Below are positions 29,323 through 39,179 of a stretch of 64,000 bases of DNA, one piece after another. The notes under the pieces are model-generated. The model searched no databases, was not told the DNA's origin, and was given only the letters and a program-made list of their open reading frames with translations. This DNA is from an uncultured Helicobacter sp. (GTDB lineage Bacteria; Campylobacterota; Campylobacteria; Campylobacterales; Arcobacteraceae). Made by a program: the position numbers and the translations under genes. The DNA is taken from positions 53,521-117,520 of the forward strand of contig CAYZWZ010000001.1 in the NCBI GenBank assembly GCA_964482285.1, given 5' to 3'. The stretch's first letter is position 1; each line of letters begins with the position of its first letter.

Positions 29323-31314
29323 TTATCTTTTTAATTGAATTAATGTATTTAATATAGTATCAGCCGTTGTAATTGATTTTGCATTTGCTTCAAAAGCTCT
29401 TTGGAATACCATAAGATTTACTAAACTTTCACTTAAATCTGCAGTACTTAACTCTAATGTATTAGATTGAATATCTGCTGTTTTATTATTATTTAAATTA
29501 TATATAGGATCACCACTTGCTAATGTTTTTTTAAGTAAATTATTTCCAACTGGCTCTAAACCTCTATTTGTAATAAACTTAGCAATAGCAACTTGACCAA
29601 CAGCATAACTAGCACCATCTTGATCCATAGTAATAAGTCCTGTACTATCAACTCTAAAATCACCAAATGCACTATCACTAATGTTTAAACTATCAAGTCT
29701 TAGTTGTAAAGAGCCTTTAGATGCTGTTTGATCTATTCGAGTTCTTATCTCCATAAACTCAGCACCAGCACCTTCACGTCCTGAATAATCTGCATTTCTT
29801 TTTATCTCTAAAGGTGTAGCAATTGCTGCACCTGCATCATCTACAGTTTGTTTCATATCTCCTGAAAATTCAACATCAAAATTTGAATCAAGTGTTTTTA
29901 TTATTAAATTACCATTTATATTTTCTGCTTTTATATATTTATTTAAATCTACATTTTCATTTATACTTCTTACAAAGTCATCTATACTTAATACTGCAGT
30001 ATCATCATCATTTGCACCACTATCTTTAGTTATAGTAATAGGATCTGCTAGTCCATCTGCATTTGTATCTGGAACTACTATATTTTTACCAGAAGCTTTA
30101 TCATATATTGTAATACTATATTCAAACTCATTATCATCATCTAATACTTGTAAATCTGCATCTGTATATACATCTCTTTGTTTACCAGTAATCGCTTCAT
30201 TTAGTGCATCTCTTACACTCTCATAAGCTCCAAGTCCTTCCCCTGGTTCAGCTTTTGCATCAATTTTAGAAACTGCTGGTTTATCAACACCTGCATGAAC
30301 CATACCAGTACTTGAAATTGTAAACTGGTTTCCAGGAATAATAGATTCTATTTTTATAAACCCTTTTGTTACATCTGCATCTGCAGTACTTGGAGTATAT
30401 GATGGATCATCATTTGCAACATATGCTTTTATTCCTGGTATTTCAGATATTTTATCTGCAAAAGCTTTCATAGTTTTTCTATAGCCATCAGCTTGCTTTT
30501 GGGCATCAGTATCACCAGTTCCAGTAATATATGGTTGAGATATTCTATTTCCACCTATATATACATATACTTCATCTCCATCTTGACTAACTGCTGATTG
30601 ATCTCCATTTGCAGGTAACTCAAGATGATTTTTTTGTGTTGTTGCACTAGATATTGGACTATTTGGATTATCTTTTAAATCTTGCAATTTTGTAGTATAA
30701 GCTTTTATAAGCTCTTCAATATCAGATACTTTACCACCTTGAGTTTTAAGTCCAGCTCCTGTAAATACTATTGGATTATCTCCAACTACAGTTGCATTAT
30801 AATCTGTAGCTTTTGCAGTTACAGTTTCTACTGCTGTTGAATATTTTACAATCTTAGATGAAAGCATTTTATTATAATCATTTGTAAATCTATCTACATT
30901 TGGATTTGATGATTCTATTTCTGGTTGAGAAGACATAGCCCAACCTTGAACATCATTTCCTATAGTATCTTGTAGTGTTCCAGAATCTCCCATCCTGAAG
31001 TTACCTGCACGAGTATAGTAAACTTCACTTGTTCCTCCGGAGTTTGCATTTGATACAGCAAAAAATCCATCTCCAGATAGTGCCATATCATAATTTACCC
31101 CTGTTACTTTTAAGTTCCCTTGAGTGTACATTTTTTCTGCATCTTGTACTTGAGAACCCTTTCCTATTTTATTTTGATACATTTGATCTGCAAAAGATAT
31201 TCTTGAGGCTTTATACCCCACTGTATTTACATTTGCTATATTGTGTGATTCATTATCTAAGGCTTTTTGTTGTGATGCAAGTCCTGATATACCTGTCCAA
31301 AGTGCTCCGATCAT
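29323..31314 (-). CDS. flgE: Flagellar hook protein FlgE (663 aa, large central domain)
   Basis: N-terminus ALWTGISGLASQQKALDNESHNIANVNTVGYK and C-terminus LVNLMVFQRAFEANAKSITTADTILNTLIQLKR, as in epsilonproteobacterial FlgE. Confidence 0.85.
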   Translation of the reverse strand: MIGALWTGISGLASQQKALDNESHNIANVNTVGYKASRISFADQMYQNKIGKGSQVQDAEKMYTQGNLKVTGVNYDMALSGDGFFAVSNANSGGTSEVYYTRAGNFRMGDSGTLQDTIGNDVQGWAMSSQPEIESSNPNVDRFTNDYNKMLSSKIVKYSTAVETVTAKATDYNATVVGDNPIVFTGAGLKTQGGKVSDIEELIKAYTTKLQDLKDNPNSPISSATTQKNHLELPANGDQSAVSQDGDEVYVYIGGNRISQPYITGTGDTDAQKQADGYRKTMKAFADKISEIPGIKAYVANDDPSYTPSTADADVTKGFIKIESIIPGNQFTISSTGMVHAGVDKPAVSKIDAKAEPGEGLGAYESVRDALNEAITGKQRDVYTDADLQVLDDDNEFEYSITIYDKASGKNIVVPDTNADGLADPITITKDSGANDDDTAVLSIDDFVRSINENVDLNKYIKAENINGNLIIKTLDSNFDVEFSGDMKQTVDDAGAAIATPLEIKRNADYSGREGAGAEFMEIRTRIDQTASKGSLQLRLDSLNISDSAFGDFRVDSTGLITMDQDGASYAVGQVAIAKFITNRGLEPVGNNLLKKTLASGDPIYNLNNNKTADIQSNTLELSTADLSESLVNLMVFQRAFEANAKSITTADTILNTLIQLKR

Positions 31315-31387
31315 AATAATTCCTTTATTAAGAATTTGAATTTATAAATAAACTCAATGTATTAAAATAATATTTTTAAATATTAAA

Positions 31388-31423
31388 TTAAAAAGTAAGA
31401 ATATACAATAAGTATATTCTTAA
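31388..31423 (-). terminator. Rho-independent terminator between the two flgE paralogues
   Basis: On the minus strand: AAGAATATAC-TTATT-GTATATTCTT (10 bp perfect stem, arms at 31397..31406 and 31412..31421) followed by AC TTTTT. Confidence 0.7.
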
Positions 31424-31433
31424 TTCTTAATTC

Positions 31434-32906
31434 TTATTTTTTAAGTTGTATTGCTGTTTTTAGAAAATCATCACTTGTTGTTATTGATTTACTATTTGCT
31501 TCAAATGCTCTTTGATATACCATAAGATCAACTAATCCTGTTGCTAAATCTGAATTGCTAAGTTCTAACATTTTATTGTTAACTTTACTAATATCATTTG
31601 CATAAATAGGATCACCTGATTGTGCTGAAGCTGAGTAAATATTACTACCTATAGGTATTAATCCCTCCTGACTCACAAATGAACTTGTCATTATTTTTCC
31701 AACTGCAAATCTTGTATCGCCTTGCTTTACAAAAACTGTCCCATTATCAACTTCTACTTCACCAAATTCACTATCTGACAAGTTTAGTTCTTTTAGATTT
31801 AATTGTATATCTTCTAATGTTTTTGTTTGAGGATTTGAAGCATCAACTGTATTTGTAACTCTTAAATACTTAGCATCAGCTCTTGTTAATAAATTTTCCA
31901 ATTGATCTTCTAGTGCATCTAATTTTGCCTGTCCAGAACCTTCAATTGCAGCTGTAGTGTTTATAACTTGATTTTGTACAACTTGTGAATTTTGCTTATT
32001 GCTTGCATCTGATATGACTACACTTTCACCTGGTATCAATGATTGTATTGTTAATGTTCCATTTGTATCTACACTTGCAGTCATACCTTTTAGTTGTGAT
32101 ATTTTATCTGAAAATTTATTTATTGTTTCATCTGCATCTTCTGTAAAATATTGTTCTATTTTTGTATCACCTATTGTAATATTTATTGAACTAAACTCAT
32201 TTATTAATAATGATTTATCAAAGCTTACAGTTGAATTTTGATAAGTTGGTGCTACACTTGCAGTATTATCATTTATACTATGAGTGCTTAATTCATTTCT
32301 ATATTTAGATAATATATTTTCAATATCAACTATTTTTGCATCTTTTGTTTTATAATTATTACCCAAATTAGTAATTGGATCATCTTTTGCACTTAAATTA
32401 TAATTTGTTGCTTTTGCATTTATAGTCTCAGCAATTTGACCATCAATACTTTGTGAAACTTTTGAACCTATAAAAGTATCATATTCACTTGTAAAACTAG
32501 TTGCTAAAGGATCTGAAGATTTTAAATTTTTATCTGTTGATGTAAAACCTTTTACATTATAACCATTTGGCATTTGTAATGTACCATCTGCTGCCATAGT
32601 AAAGTTACCAGATCTTGTATAATTTAACTCTTGACTATCACCTTGAACAATAAAATAACCATTACCTTCTATTGCCATATCAAGAGAATTATTAGTTTGT
32701 TTTAGATTACCTTGAGTAAAATCTTTACTAACACTAGCAACTCCCGCACCTTTTCCTATAGAATTTTGATACATTAAATCAGCAAAAGATATTTTATCTG
32801 ATTTATACCCTACTGTATTCACATTTGAGATATTATTTGTTTCAGTATCTAAAGCATTTTGATTAACATTTAAACCTGAAATTCCATTATATAGTGCATC
32901 TATCAT
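31434..32906 (-). CDS. Second FlgE-family hook protein paralogue (490 aa)
   Basis: N-terminus ALYNGISGLNVNQNALDTETNNISNVNTVGYK and C-terminus LVDLMVYQRAFEANSKSITTSDDFLKTAIQLKK. The central region is unrelated to the 663-aa copy. Confidence 0.8.
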   Translation of the reverse strand: MIDALYNGISGLNVNQNALDTETNNISNVNTVGYKSDKISFADLMYQNSIGKGAGVASVSKDFTQGNLKQTNNSLDMAIEGNGYFIVQGDSQELNYTRSGNFTMAADGTLQMPNGYNVKGFTSTDKNLKSSDPLATSFTSEYDTFIGSKVSQSIDGQIAETINAKATNYNLSAKDDPITNLGNNYKTKDAKIVDIENILSKYRNELSTHSINDNTASVAPTYQNSTVSFDKSLLINEFSSINITIGDTKIEQYFTEDADETINKFSDKISQLKGMTASVDTNGTLTIQSLIPGESVVISDASNKQNSQVVQNQVINTTAAIEGSGQAKLDALEDQLENLLTRADAKYLRVTNTVDASNPQTKTLEDIQLNLKELNLSDSEFGEVEVDNGTVFVKQGDTRFAVGKIMTSSFVSQEGLIPIGSNIYSASAQSGDPIYANDISKVNNKMLELSNSDLATGLVDLMVYQRAFEANSKSITTSDDFLKTAIQLKK

Positions 32907-32915
32907 AATAAGTTC

Positions 32916-33395
32916 CTAAAATATCTTTGTAATATTAAGCATAGGAATTTGAGTAAATTCCTCCTCATAAGTAAATGTTTCTGTTTGCTCATCATAACCT
33001 GTAATTTTATTAGCCATTAAATAAACTTCCCCATCTTCTTGTTTAACTGAAGCTACTTTATATGACTTAGTAGCTCCTGTATCATCTATTTGTCCATCTT
33101 CTATTACATGATTAATCATACTAGCAGAAGTTGCAAGATTACTTGATTTATAGGCTAAACTTAACTCTTGCATAGCTTTAGACATATCATTATTTGCTTC
33201 AATTTGTGACATTTGAAGTTGAGAATCCATTAATGCATTTGAATCCATAGGTTCTGTCGGATCTTGCATCTTCATCTCTTCTAAAAGTAATTTTAAAAAG
33301 TCATCATTTGTTAATTTATCATTTGAAATTGATGTAGTGTATGAATTTCCATCTACACCTACACTTGAATTTACTACTACATTATCTACTGCCAT
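32916..33395 (-). CDS. flgD: Flagellar hook capping/scaffold protein FlgD
   Basis: DDFLKLLLEEMKMQDPTEPMDSNALMDSQLQMSQIE is the FlgD N-terminal signature. Confidence 0.85.
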   Translation of the reverse strand: MAVDNVVVNSSVGVDGNSYTTSISNDKLTNDDFLKLLLEEMKMQDPTEPMDSNALMDSQLQMSQIEANNDMSKAMQELSLAYKSSNLATSASMINHVIEDGQIDDTGATKSYKVASVKQEDGEVYLMANKITGYDEQTETFTYEEEFTQIPMLNITKIF

Positions 33396-33405
33396 TTTTT
33401 ATCCT

Positions 33406-33693
33406 TTATAGAACTTGTTCATTGAAGAAGTAACCAACAACATTATCTGCATCCATTGCATCTTGTATTCTAACTGCTAATTTCTCATCAATTACTATAA
33501 TATCACCTGTACCAATAATTCTTGAGTTTACATAGATATCTCCACCAGCACCTGCTGGTTTATCTAGTGCAATTACATCACCTTCATTTAAACTCAAAAA
33601 TTGTTTTAAAGATATATCAGTACTTCCAAACAATACATCAACTGAAATTTGAGCATCTACTAAACTACTATAGTCTTGTTCTGTTATTTCCAT
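33406..33693 (-). CDS. fliN: Flagellar switch protein FliN (SpoA domain only)
   Basis: 95 aa. LNEGDVIALDKPAGAGGDIYVNSRIIGTGDIIVIDEKLAVRI matches the SpoA/FliN pattern. Confidence 0.85.
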   Translation of the reverse strand: MEITEQDYSSLVDAQISVDVLFGSTDISLKQFLSLNEGDVIALDKPAGAGGDIYVNSRIIGTGDIIVIDEKLAVRIQDAMDADNVVGYFFNEQVL

Positions 33694-33807
33694 TGCGTAC
33701 CTACTTGTAATATATAAATATTTATTTGCTTTAGTATAACAAAATATTTATAAATATAATATATAATTAAGTATTATTATTTTTATTTTTTATGTAAGAA
33801 TTTATTT

Positions 33808-34473
33808 TTAGCTAACAATATCAAGTGATTCTAATATTGTTTGAACTTTTGACTCAACATTTCCATCAAAATTTCCAAGATCACTTGCAATTACTACTCC
33901 ACCAGCTGTTACATTTGGATCTTCTTGTAATTTAATATATGATTCTAATTTTAATTCATCTTTTAGTAGTAAATAATCTTTAGGATTTAAATGAATTGTA
34001 ATTGAAGATGCTGTTTTTATTTTTGATAATATTTGATTTATTGTTTGCATCGCTATCATCTCTGATTGTTCTGATAATTCTATATTTATTATTTTTTGAG
34101 CAATATTCATTGAAGTTTTTAAGATTTTACTCTCCAATTGAAATGTAGCTTGCTCAAAAAATTGAGCATAATTTTTTAAATCTTTTAATGCTGTTACTAA
34201 TTGATCATCAAGTTTTTTAGATTCTAAAGTTCCATTTTGAATATCTGAAACTTTATGTTCTATATTGTTAATTTTAGCTGTTAAATCACTAATTGCATTT
34301 AAGATAGGATCATTATTAAGTGTAGTAGCTGATATCTCTTCAACTGCACTATTTGCAACCTGTTGTATTTGTGTTGATGGTGTATCATGAGTTACAAAAT
34401 TACCAAATTTAAACTCTTGAGTTTCATTATTTGATATTATTTTAGCTTTTGAATTAACATTAGTATTATTCAT
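33808..34473 (-). CDS. fliH: Flagellar export ATPase regulator FliH
   Basis: 221 aa with central coiled coil. 8-nt overlap with the fliG stop, conserving the fliF-fliG-fliH order. Confidence 0.65.
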   Translation of the reverse strand: MNNTNVNSKAKIISNNETQEFKFGNFVTHDTPSTQIQQVANSAVEEISATTLNNDPILNAISDLTAKINNIEHKVSDIQNGTLESKKLDDQLVTALKDLKNYAQFFEQATFQLESKILKTSMNIAQKIINIELSEQSEMIAMQTINQILSKIKTASSITIHLNPKDYLLLKDELKLESYIKLQEDPNVTAGGVVIASDLGNFDGNVESKVQTILESLDIVS

Positions 34474-35473
34474 CCATATCTCTTTCTATTTCACCAGATT
34501 CTATAAATTTTTGTGTAATATCTAACATCTTTCTTTGAGCTGCTTCTACATCTTTTAATTTTACTTTTCCAAGCATTTCAGCTTCTTCCATATATCTTTC
34601 TTTTGCTCTTGTACTCATAGCAGCCATTATTGCTTCTGTATATTCTTCTGGTGCACCTTTTAATGCTACAGCAACTTCACCAACATCAATCTCTGCTAAA
34701 ACTTTCATAAGGTCTGACGGTTCAAGGGCAATAAGATCTTCAAATACAAACATATTATCTTGAATATCTTTTGCTAGTTTTACATTTAATCCATTAATAT
34801 TTTCTAATATATCAGCTGATTTTGGTCCCATTCTATTTAACATATCAGCAACAACTTTAACACCACCAACTTGAGATATAGAAGATACAAGTGATTCAAG
34901 TTTTTTCTCCAATACTGTAGACATAGTTCTTACAATTTCAGGACTTACATCTTTTATTGTTGCCATTTGCATAGTTACTTTTACTCTTATATCATCATCT
35001 AGTGTACTTAAAACTTCTGCAGCACTTGCTGGATCCATATGTGATAAAATAACTGCAATTGTTTGCTCTGATTCATCTTTTATAAAGTTTGCAAGTTGTT
35101 TTGGTTCAATATTTTCTAAATAAGAAAATGATTCTTGTGCTTGTTGCATTCTTGTTAGCTTTGCTAAAACAGCATCAGCTTCTGCTTTTCCTAAAGATTT
35201 ATATAGTAGATCCTTTGCATAATCAAATCCACCTGAACTTATATACGCACTAGATTGTGCAAATACATGAAATTCATCAAGAATTGCTAAAGATACATCT
35301 TTATCAATTGAGGTTAATTGTGTAATAGCAGTTGATATTTGTTCAACTAATTCTACGGGTAAACTTTGAAATATTTTTACAGTTGATTCCTCACCAATTA
35401 GTACACAAAACATTGCTACTCTTTGTAACATTGGTATCGATTTTAAAACTTCATGATCTACTAATTCTGCCAT
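34466..35473 (-). CDS. fliG: Flagellar motor switch protein FliG
   Basis: 335 aa with armadillo-like repeats. MFVFEDL motif and C-terminal charged torque helix region. Confidence 0.93.
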   Translation of the reverse strand: MAELVDHEVLKSIPMLQRVAMFCVLIGEESTVKIFQSLPVELVEQISTAITQLTSIDKDVSLAILDEFHVFAQSSAYISSGGFDYAKDLLYKSLGKAEADAVLAKLTRMQQAQESFSYLENIEPKQLANFIKDESEQTIAVILSHMDPASAAEVLSTLDDDIRVKVTMQMATIKDVSPEIVRTMSTVLEKKLESLVSSISQVGGVKVVADMLNRMGPKSADILENINGLNVKLAKDIQDNMFVFEDLIALEPSDLMKVLAEIDVGEVAVALKGAPEEYTEAIMAAMSTRAKERYMEEAEMLGKVKLKDVEAAQRKMLDITQKFIESGEIERDMDE

Positions 35474-35475
35474 AT

Positions 35476-37173
35476 TTAACCTTTTTTATGTGCTTTTAGT
35501 TTACTATCACCTTCGCTTAGTAACATCTCTATCATCCCAGCGATTGCTTCTGGTTGATTATTAACTTGTGTTTCAATCTCTTCTAATAACACCTCATATT
35601 TAGCTAAAGTTTCTGGATCTAAACCTTCTACATTTGATAATAACTGAGTTCTTATTTTATTTTTTAGTCTATTTTTTGATACCATAGGATTAAAATCTTC
35701 ATACTCAAAATCTTCATCTGCTACACCCACTTTTTCTTTTTTTGCTTGTGAGGCTACACTTCCTTCAACTGTTAAATTAACTTCATTGTTTGAAATAAAT
35801 TTTTTATAAAATACCAATAATAGTATTGCAGATATTAAATATTGTATATACTCACTATATTCACTTAAGGCTGTTTTTGTAACTGCTGTAGTCATCGCTA
35901 TATCATCTGTTGCTATTGCTGTTGTATTTGAATCACTACCAATAAACTTAAATGATTTTATAGTTACTGTATCACCCCTTTTTACATCAACTCCAATTGA
36001 CTCTTCTACAATAGATTCTATACTAGATATAAATTCATCTTTTTTATCAACTTTTTCCATAGCTGTTGAATCAAATGTAACTGCTGCTGTTATCCTTTTT
36101 ATCCTTGCTACAGAATTATCTTTTTGATGAATTATTTTTTTTGATATCTCATAGTTAGTAATATTTTTAGCTTTTTCATTACTTGTTTTTGATTTTATCT
36201 CTCCATCTTTTTCATCTGGATTTTGAATATTACTTTGTACTCCAGGAACTCCACCAACTTTTGGCTTTTTATCTTCAGATGTAGAAGTTGATTCAGTTGT
36301 TTGTTGACTTCTTATTGTACCTTCTGGTTGAAATATCTCTTGTTCTATTTGTTGATTTGTATAATCCATAGTAACAGATACTCTAGCTACTACTTTTCCT
36401 ACACCTATAAATGGTTCAAGAAGATTTATAATTTTCTCTTCATACGATTTTTCAATCTTTGATTTATATCTAGCATGTGCTAAATACTTTTGATTATCAA
36501 GATTTATTTGTGTATCTTCCAATAAAGAGCCATTTTGATTAATAAGCTTAATATTTGAAGCTTTTAATTTTGGAATAGCAGAAGCGATAAAATTTTTAAT
36601 TCCTGCTATTTGCTTACCAGTTAATGTTGCACCATCTCTTAAAGTTAATATTGCAGATGCTGTTGGTTCAGATTTTCTTTGAGTAAATACTGATTCTTTT
36701 GGTATTGCAATTTTAACTGTAGCACTTAATATACCATTTAAAGCTTCTAAAGAACGTCCTAGTTCACCCTCTGTTGCTCTTAAAAGCTTTACATTATTTT
36801 CAAAATTTGTAGTTCCAAGTGAACTTTTATCAAATATCTCCCAACCTGTATGTTTACTTACTATTGCTTCACTAGTTACAAGTTTTATTTTTGCAATATT
36901 TACATTTGCTTTACTTGTTTTTAGTGTAAGTGAATTTCCATTACCAATAATTGTAAATGGAATTCCTGCAGCTTCAAGTTCATTTGAAGCTAACATAATT
37001 TGATTTTTAGTAAGGTTTGATGCTATTGTATAGTTTAGTTTTGCATCATTAGCTTTTACGCTTGAATATATTAATAAACCAATTAAAAATAAAAATAATA
37101 TAGAAAAACCACCAATTATTACAGATCTTTGTGCGCTATTTAATCCATTTATAAACTTAAAAATTTGATCCAT
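35476..37173 (-). CDS. fliF: Flagellar MS-ring protein FliF
   Basis: 565 aa with two TM segments. RATEGELGRSL motif typical of FliF/YscJ. Confidence 0.93.
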   Translation of the reverse strand: MDQIFKFINGLNSAQRSVIIGGFSILFLFLIGLLIYSSVKANDAKLNYTIASNLTKNQIMLASNELEAAGIPFTIIGNGNSLTLKTSKANVNIAKIKLVTSEAIVSKHTGWEIFDKSSLGTTNFENNVKLLRATEGELGRSLEALNGILSATVKIAIPKESVFTQRKSEPTASAILTLRDGATLTGKQIAGIKNFIASAIPKLKASNIKLINQNGSLLEDTQINLDNQKYLAHARYKSKIEKSYEEKIINLLEPFIGVGKVVARVSVTMDYTNQQIEQEIFQPEGTIRSQQTTESTSTSEDKKPKVGGVPGVQSNIQNPDEKDGEIKSKTSNEKAKNITNYEISKKIIHQKDNSVARIKRITAAVTFDSTAMEKVDKKDEFISSIESIVEESIGVDVKRGDTVTIKSFKFIGSDSNTTAIATDDIAMTTAVTKTALSEYSEYIQYLISAILLLVFYKKFISNNEVNLTVEGSVASQAKKEKVGVADEDFEYEDFNPMVSKNRLKNKIRTQLLSNVEGLDPETLAKYEVLLEEIETQVNNQPEAIAGMIEMLLSEGDSKLKAHKKG

Positions 37174-37185
37174 ATATTATTATTC

Positions 37186-37593
37186 CTAATTTTTTGAAGA
37201 TGCATCTACAACTAGCTTAAACCATGTTGCATCTTTTTTTATTGAGTTTGTTATTGCACCGTGTATAACTTTATTTTGTGCCATCTGACTTATTTGTTGG
37301 TCTAAATTTACATTATTTCCATCATTTTGTACTTCCAGTCCATCTACTTCAAATGTTTTTATATCTCCATTAGTTGGTAAATTTTCCATTGCTTGAATAT
37401 GATTTCTATTTGTTATTGTCATTTTTAGATCATTCTCTTTTTGCTTATTTTGTAATGTTGACTCAAAACTAATATCTTTTGTTTTATAGTTTGGTGTGTT
37501 TAAGTTTGCAATATTACTCGATATTACTTTTTGTCTATTGCTTCTAAAACTTAATTGATCAAATAATAGATCTGTTACATTACTAGCTGTCAT
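37186..37593 (-). CDS. flgB: Flagellar basal-body rod protein FlgB
   Basis: RSNRQKVISSNIANLNTPNYKTKD rod-protein N-terminal motif; 135 aa. Confidence 0.85.
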   Translation of the reverse strand: MTASNVTDLLFDQLSFRSNRQKVISSNIANLNTPNYKTKDISFESTLQNKQKENDLKMTITNRNHIQAMENLPTNGDIKTFEVDGLEVQNDGNNVNLDQQISQMAQNKVIHGAITNSIKKDATWFKLVVDASSKN

Positions 37594-37599
37594 ATGTCA

Positions 37600-38310
37600 C
37601 TACCTTGTTAATTTATCTATTAGCTTTTGATTTAGTTCATCAATACCAGTACTTGCTTTTTGAGCTTGTTCTAATCTTCTTTGAGAATCAATAAGTGAAA
37701 CCATTGTACTAATGGCATTTACATTTGATTTTTCAATACTACCTTGTAATAGATACGGAGTATTATCTATTATCTCATTAACTTGTTGCTTATCATTTAT
37801 TTTATAATTATTATTTCCAACTTTATCTATATTTTCATAAGGTGTTTTTATTAATGCTATTTGATTTTCAAAGCCATCTTCAATATTGATTCTTTCATTT
37901 TCATTATTTAAAACATATGCACCATTATGATTTACTAAAAAGCCATCTTTATTTTTAAATGCTCCATCTTTTGTAAGTAGAACTTCATTATTTAAACCTT
38001 CAACTTTGAAAAAAACATCTCTTTCATTTATTGAAAAATCAAGTTCATTTCCAGTTGTTACAATTGCACCATAAATTGAACTTATATAATCACCATCAAT
38101 TTTAGGTACAGTATTATTTACTATATTTAGTTTAGTTGTTTGTGTATTTTCATTTTTACTTTTATCCAAATAGTAATTAAATGATCCTTCTGTTAAATTA
38201 TCTTGCTTGAATCCTGTAGTATTTGCATTTGCAAGGTTATTTGAAAGGACATCAACTCTATTTAGTTGATTTACCATTGTAGCAGCTAAAGAGTATACAC
38301 CTTGATTCAT
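37600..38310 (-). CDS. flgF: Flagellar basal-body rod protein FlgF-type
   Basis: N-terminus VYSLAATMVNQLNRVDVLSNNLANANTTGFKQD; 236 aa; C-terminal rod helix. Confidence 0.7.
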   Translation of the reverse strand: MNQGVYSLAATMVNQLNRVDVLSNNLANANTTGFKQDNLTEGSFNYYLDKSKNENTQTTKLNIVNNTVPKIDGDYISSIYGAIVTTGNELDFSINERDVFFKVEGLNNEVLLTKDGAFKNKDGFLVNHNGAYVLNNENERINIEDGFENQIALIKTPYENIDKVGNNNYKINDKQQVNEIIDNTPYLLQGSIEKSNVNAISTMVSLIDSQRRLEQAQKASTGIDELNQKLIDKLTR

Positions 38311-38312
38311 AA

Positions 38313-39170
38313 CTAATTTCCTATGTTAAATTCTGAAATAAGATTATCTATATCTTCTTCATTTACTGTTTCAGAACCATCTCCTGAAATATGTTTTGCG
38401 ACTTGTACTTCTGGTTTATTGCTTCCATCCTCAAATATACCATTTAGATATTGAGTAAGTTTTTTAATTACAGACATAACTCTTTCGATTTTTTGTCTAT
38501 TTATATCATGATATTGCATTATCTCCATAGCTTCAAATATTTTATTATTTTCTTCATTTACAATATCAGTAGTTTGGATAGTTAATTCTTTTGCTTCATT
38601 TGCTTTTTTAATATTTTCTTGAAATATATCAATATTTGGAAACTTACTAGATAATTTTTCAAGTAGTTCTATTTGTGAATCTATAAATTCTCTTGATACA
38701 TCATTTGATTTTATAACTTTTTCATTTTCATCAAGAATATAACTCAATACATCAAAAATTTGACTAGCTTTCTCTTCTGTATCTTCTGCTACTTCATTTA
38801 ATTGATTAACAATCTTGTGCTCTTTTGAAGTTGAAGGTGGAAGTATAGCTTCTTCTGTTGTAGTTTGAGAATCAAGCTCAGATGAAGTTTCAGGTTCATC
38901 ATCTACTATTCCATCAATGCCTGCTAATATATCATCCATATTTACTTCAGTAGTATTGTCTTCAGTTTCTTCTTCATCTGAATCATCTACTATTCCATCA
39001 ATACCTGCTAATATATCATCTACATTTAATTCACTTTCATCGTTTGTTTCATCATCTGAATCGTCTACTATTCCGTCAATATCAGCTAATATATCATCTA
39101 CATTGTTTTCTTCAGCATCTACTGCTGTATCGTTCATAAGAGCTTCGATCTCTTCTTGAGTCATACTCAT
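38313..39170 (-). CDS. cheZ: CheZ-like CheY-P phosphatase with repeat-containing acidic N-terminal extension
   Basis: IMQYHDINRQKIERVMSVIKKL resembles the CheZ catalytic helix (D...Q). C-terminus EEDIDNLISEFNIGN resembles the CheZ tail peptide. Directly downstream of cheY. Confidence 0.65.
   Translation of the reverse strand: MSMTQEEIEALMNDTAVDAEENNVDDILADIDGIVDDSDDETNDESELNVDDILAGIDGIVDDSDEEETEDNTTEVNMDDILAGIDGIVDDEPETSSELDSQTTTEEAILPPSTSKEHKIVNQLNEVAEDTEEKASQIFDVLSYILDENEKVIKSNDVSREFIDSQIELLEKLSSKFPNIDIFQENIKKANEAKELTIQTTDIVNEENNKIFEAMEIMQYHDINRQKIERVMSVIKKLTQYLNGIFEDGSNKPEVQVAKHISGDGSETVNEEDIDNLISEFNIGN
38898..39104 (-). repeat. Three in-frame DNA/protein repeats (periods 78 and 84 nt) encoding N[VM]DDILA[DG]IDGIVDD
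   Basis: The plus-strand unit tctactattcc(a/g)tcaat(g/a)(c/t)c(t/a)gctaatatatcatc recurs starting at 38902, 38986 and 39064. Confidence 0.9.
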
Positions 39171-39179
39171 AATAGATCC

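Noticed and set aside
31434-32906. Possibility that the 490-aa FlgE-like gene is actually flgK (hook-associated protein 1)
   Set aside because: The N-terminus (NNISNVNTVGYKSDKISFADLMYQ) and C-terminus (MVYQRAFEANSKSITT...IQLKK) match the FlgE pattern and the adjacent 663-aa FlgE closely. The gene follows flgD, as flgE normally does. A profile search would settle it.
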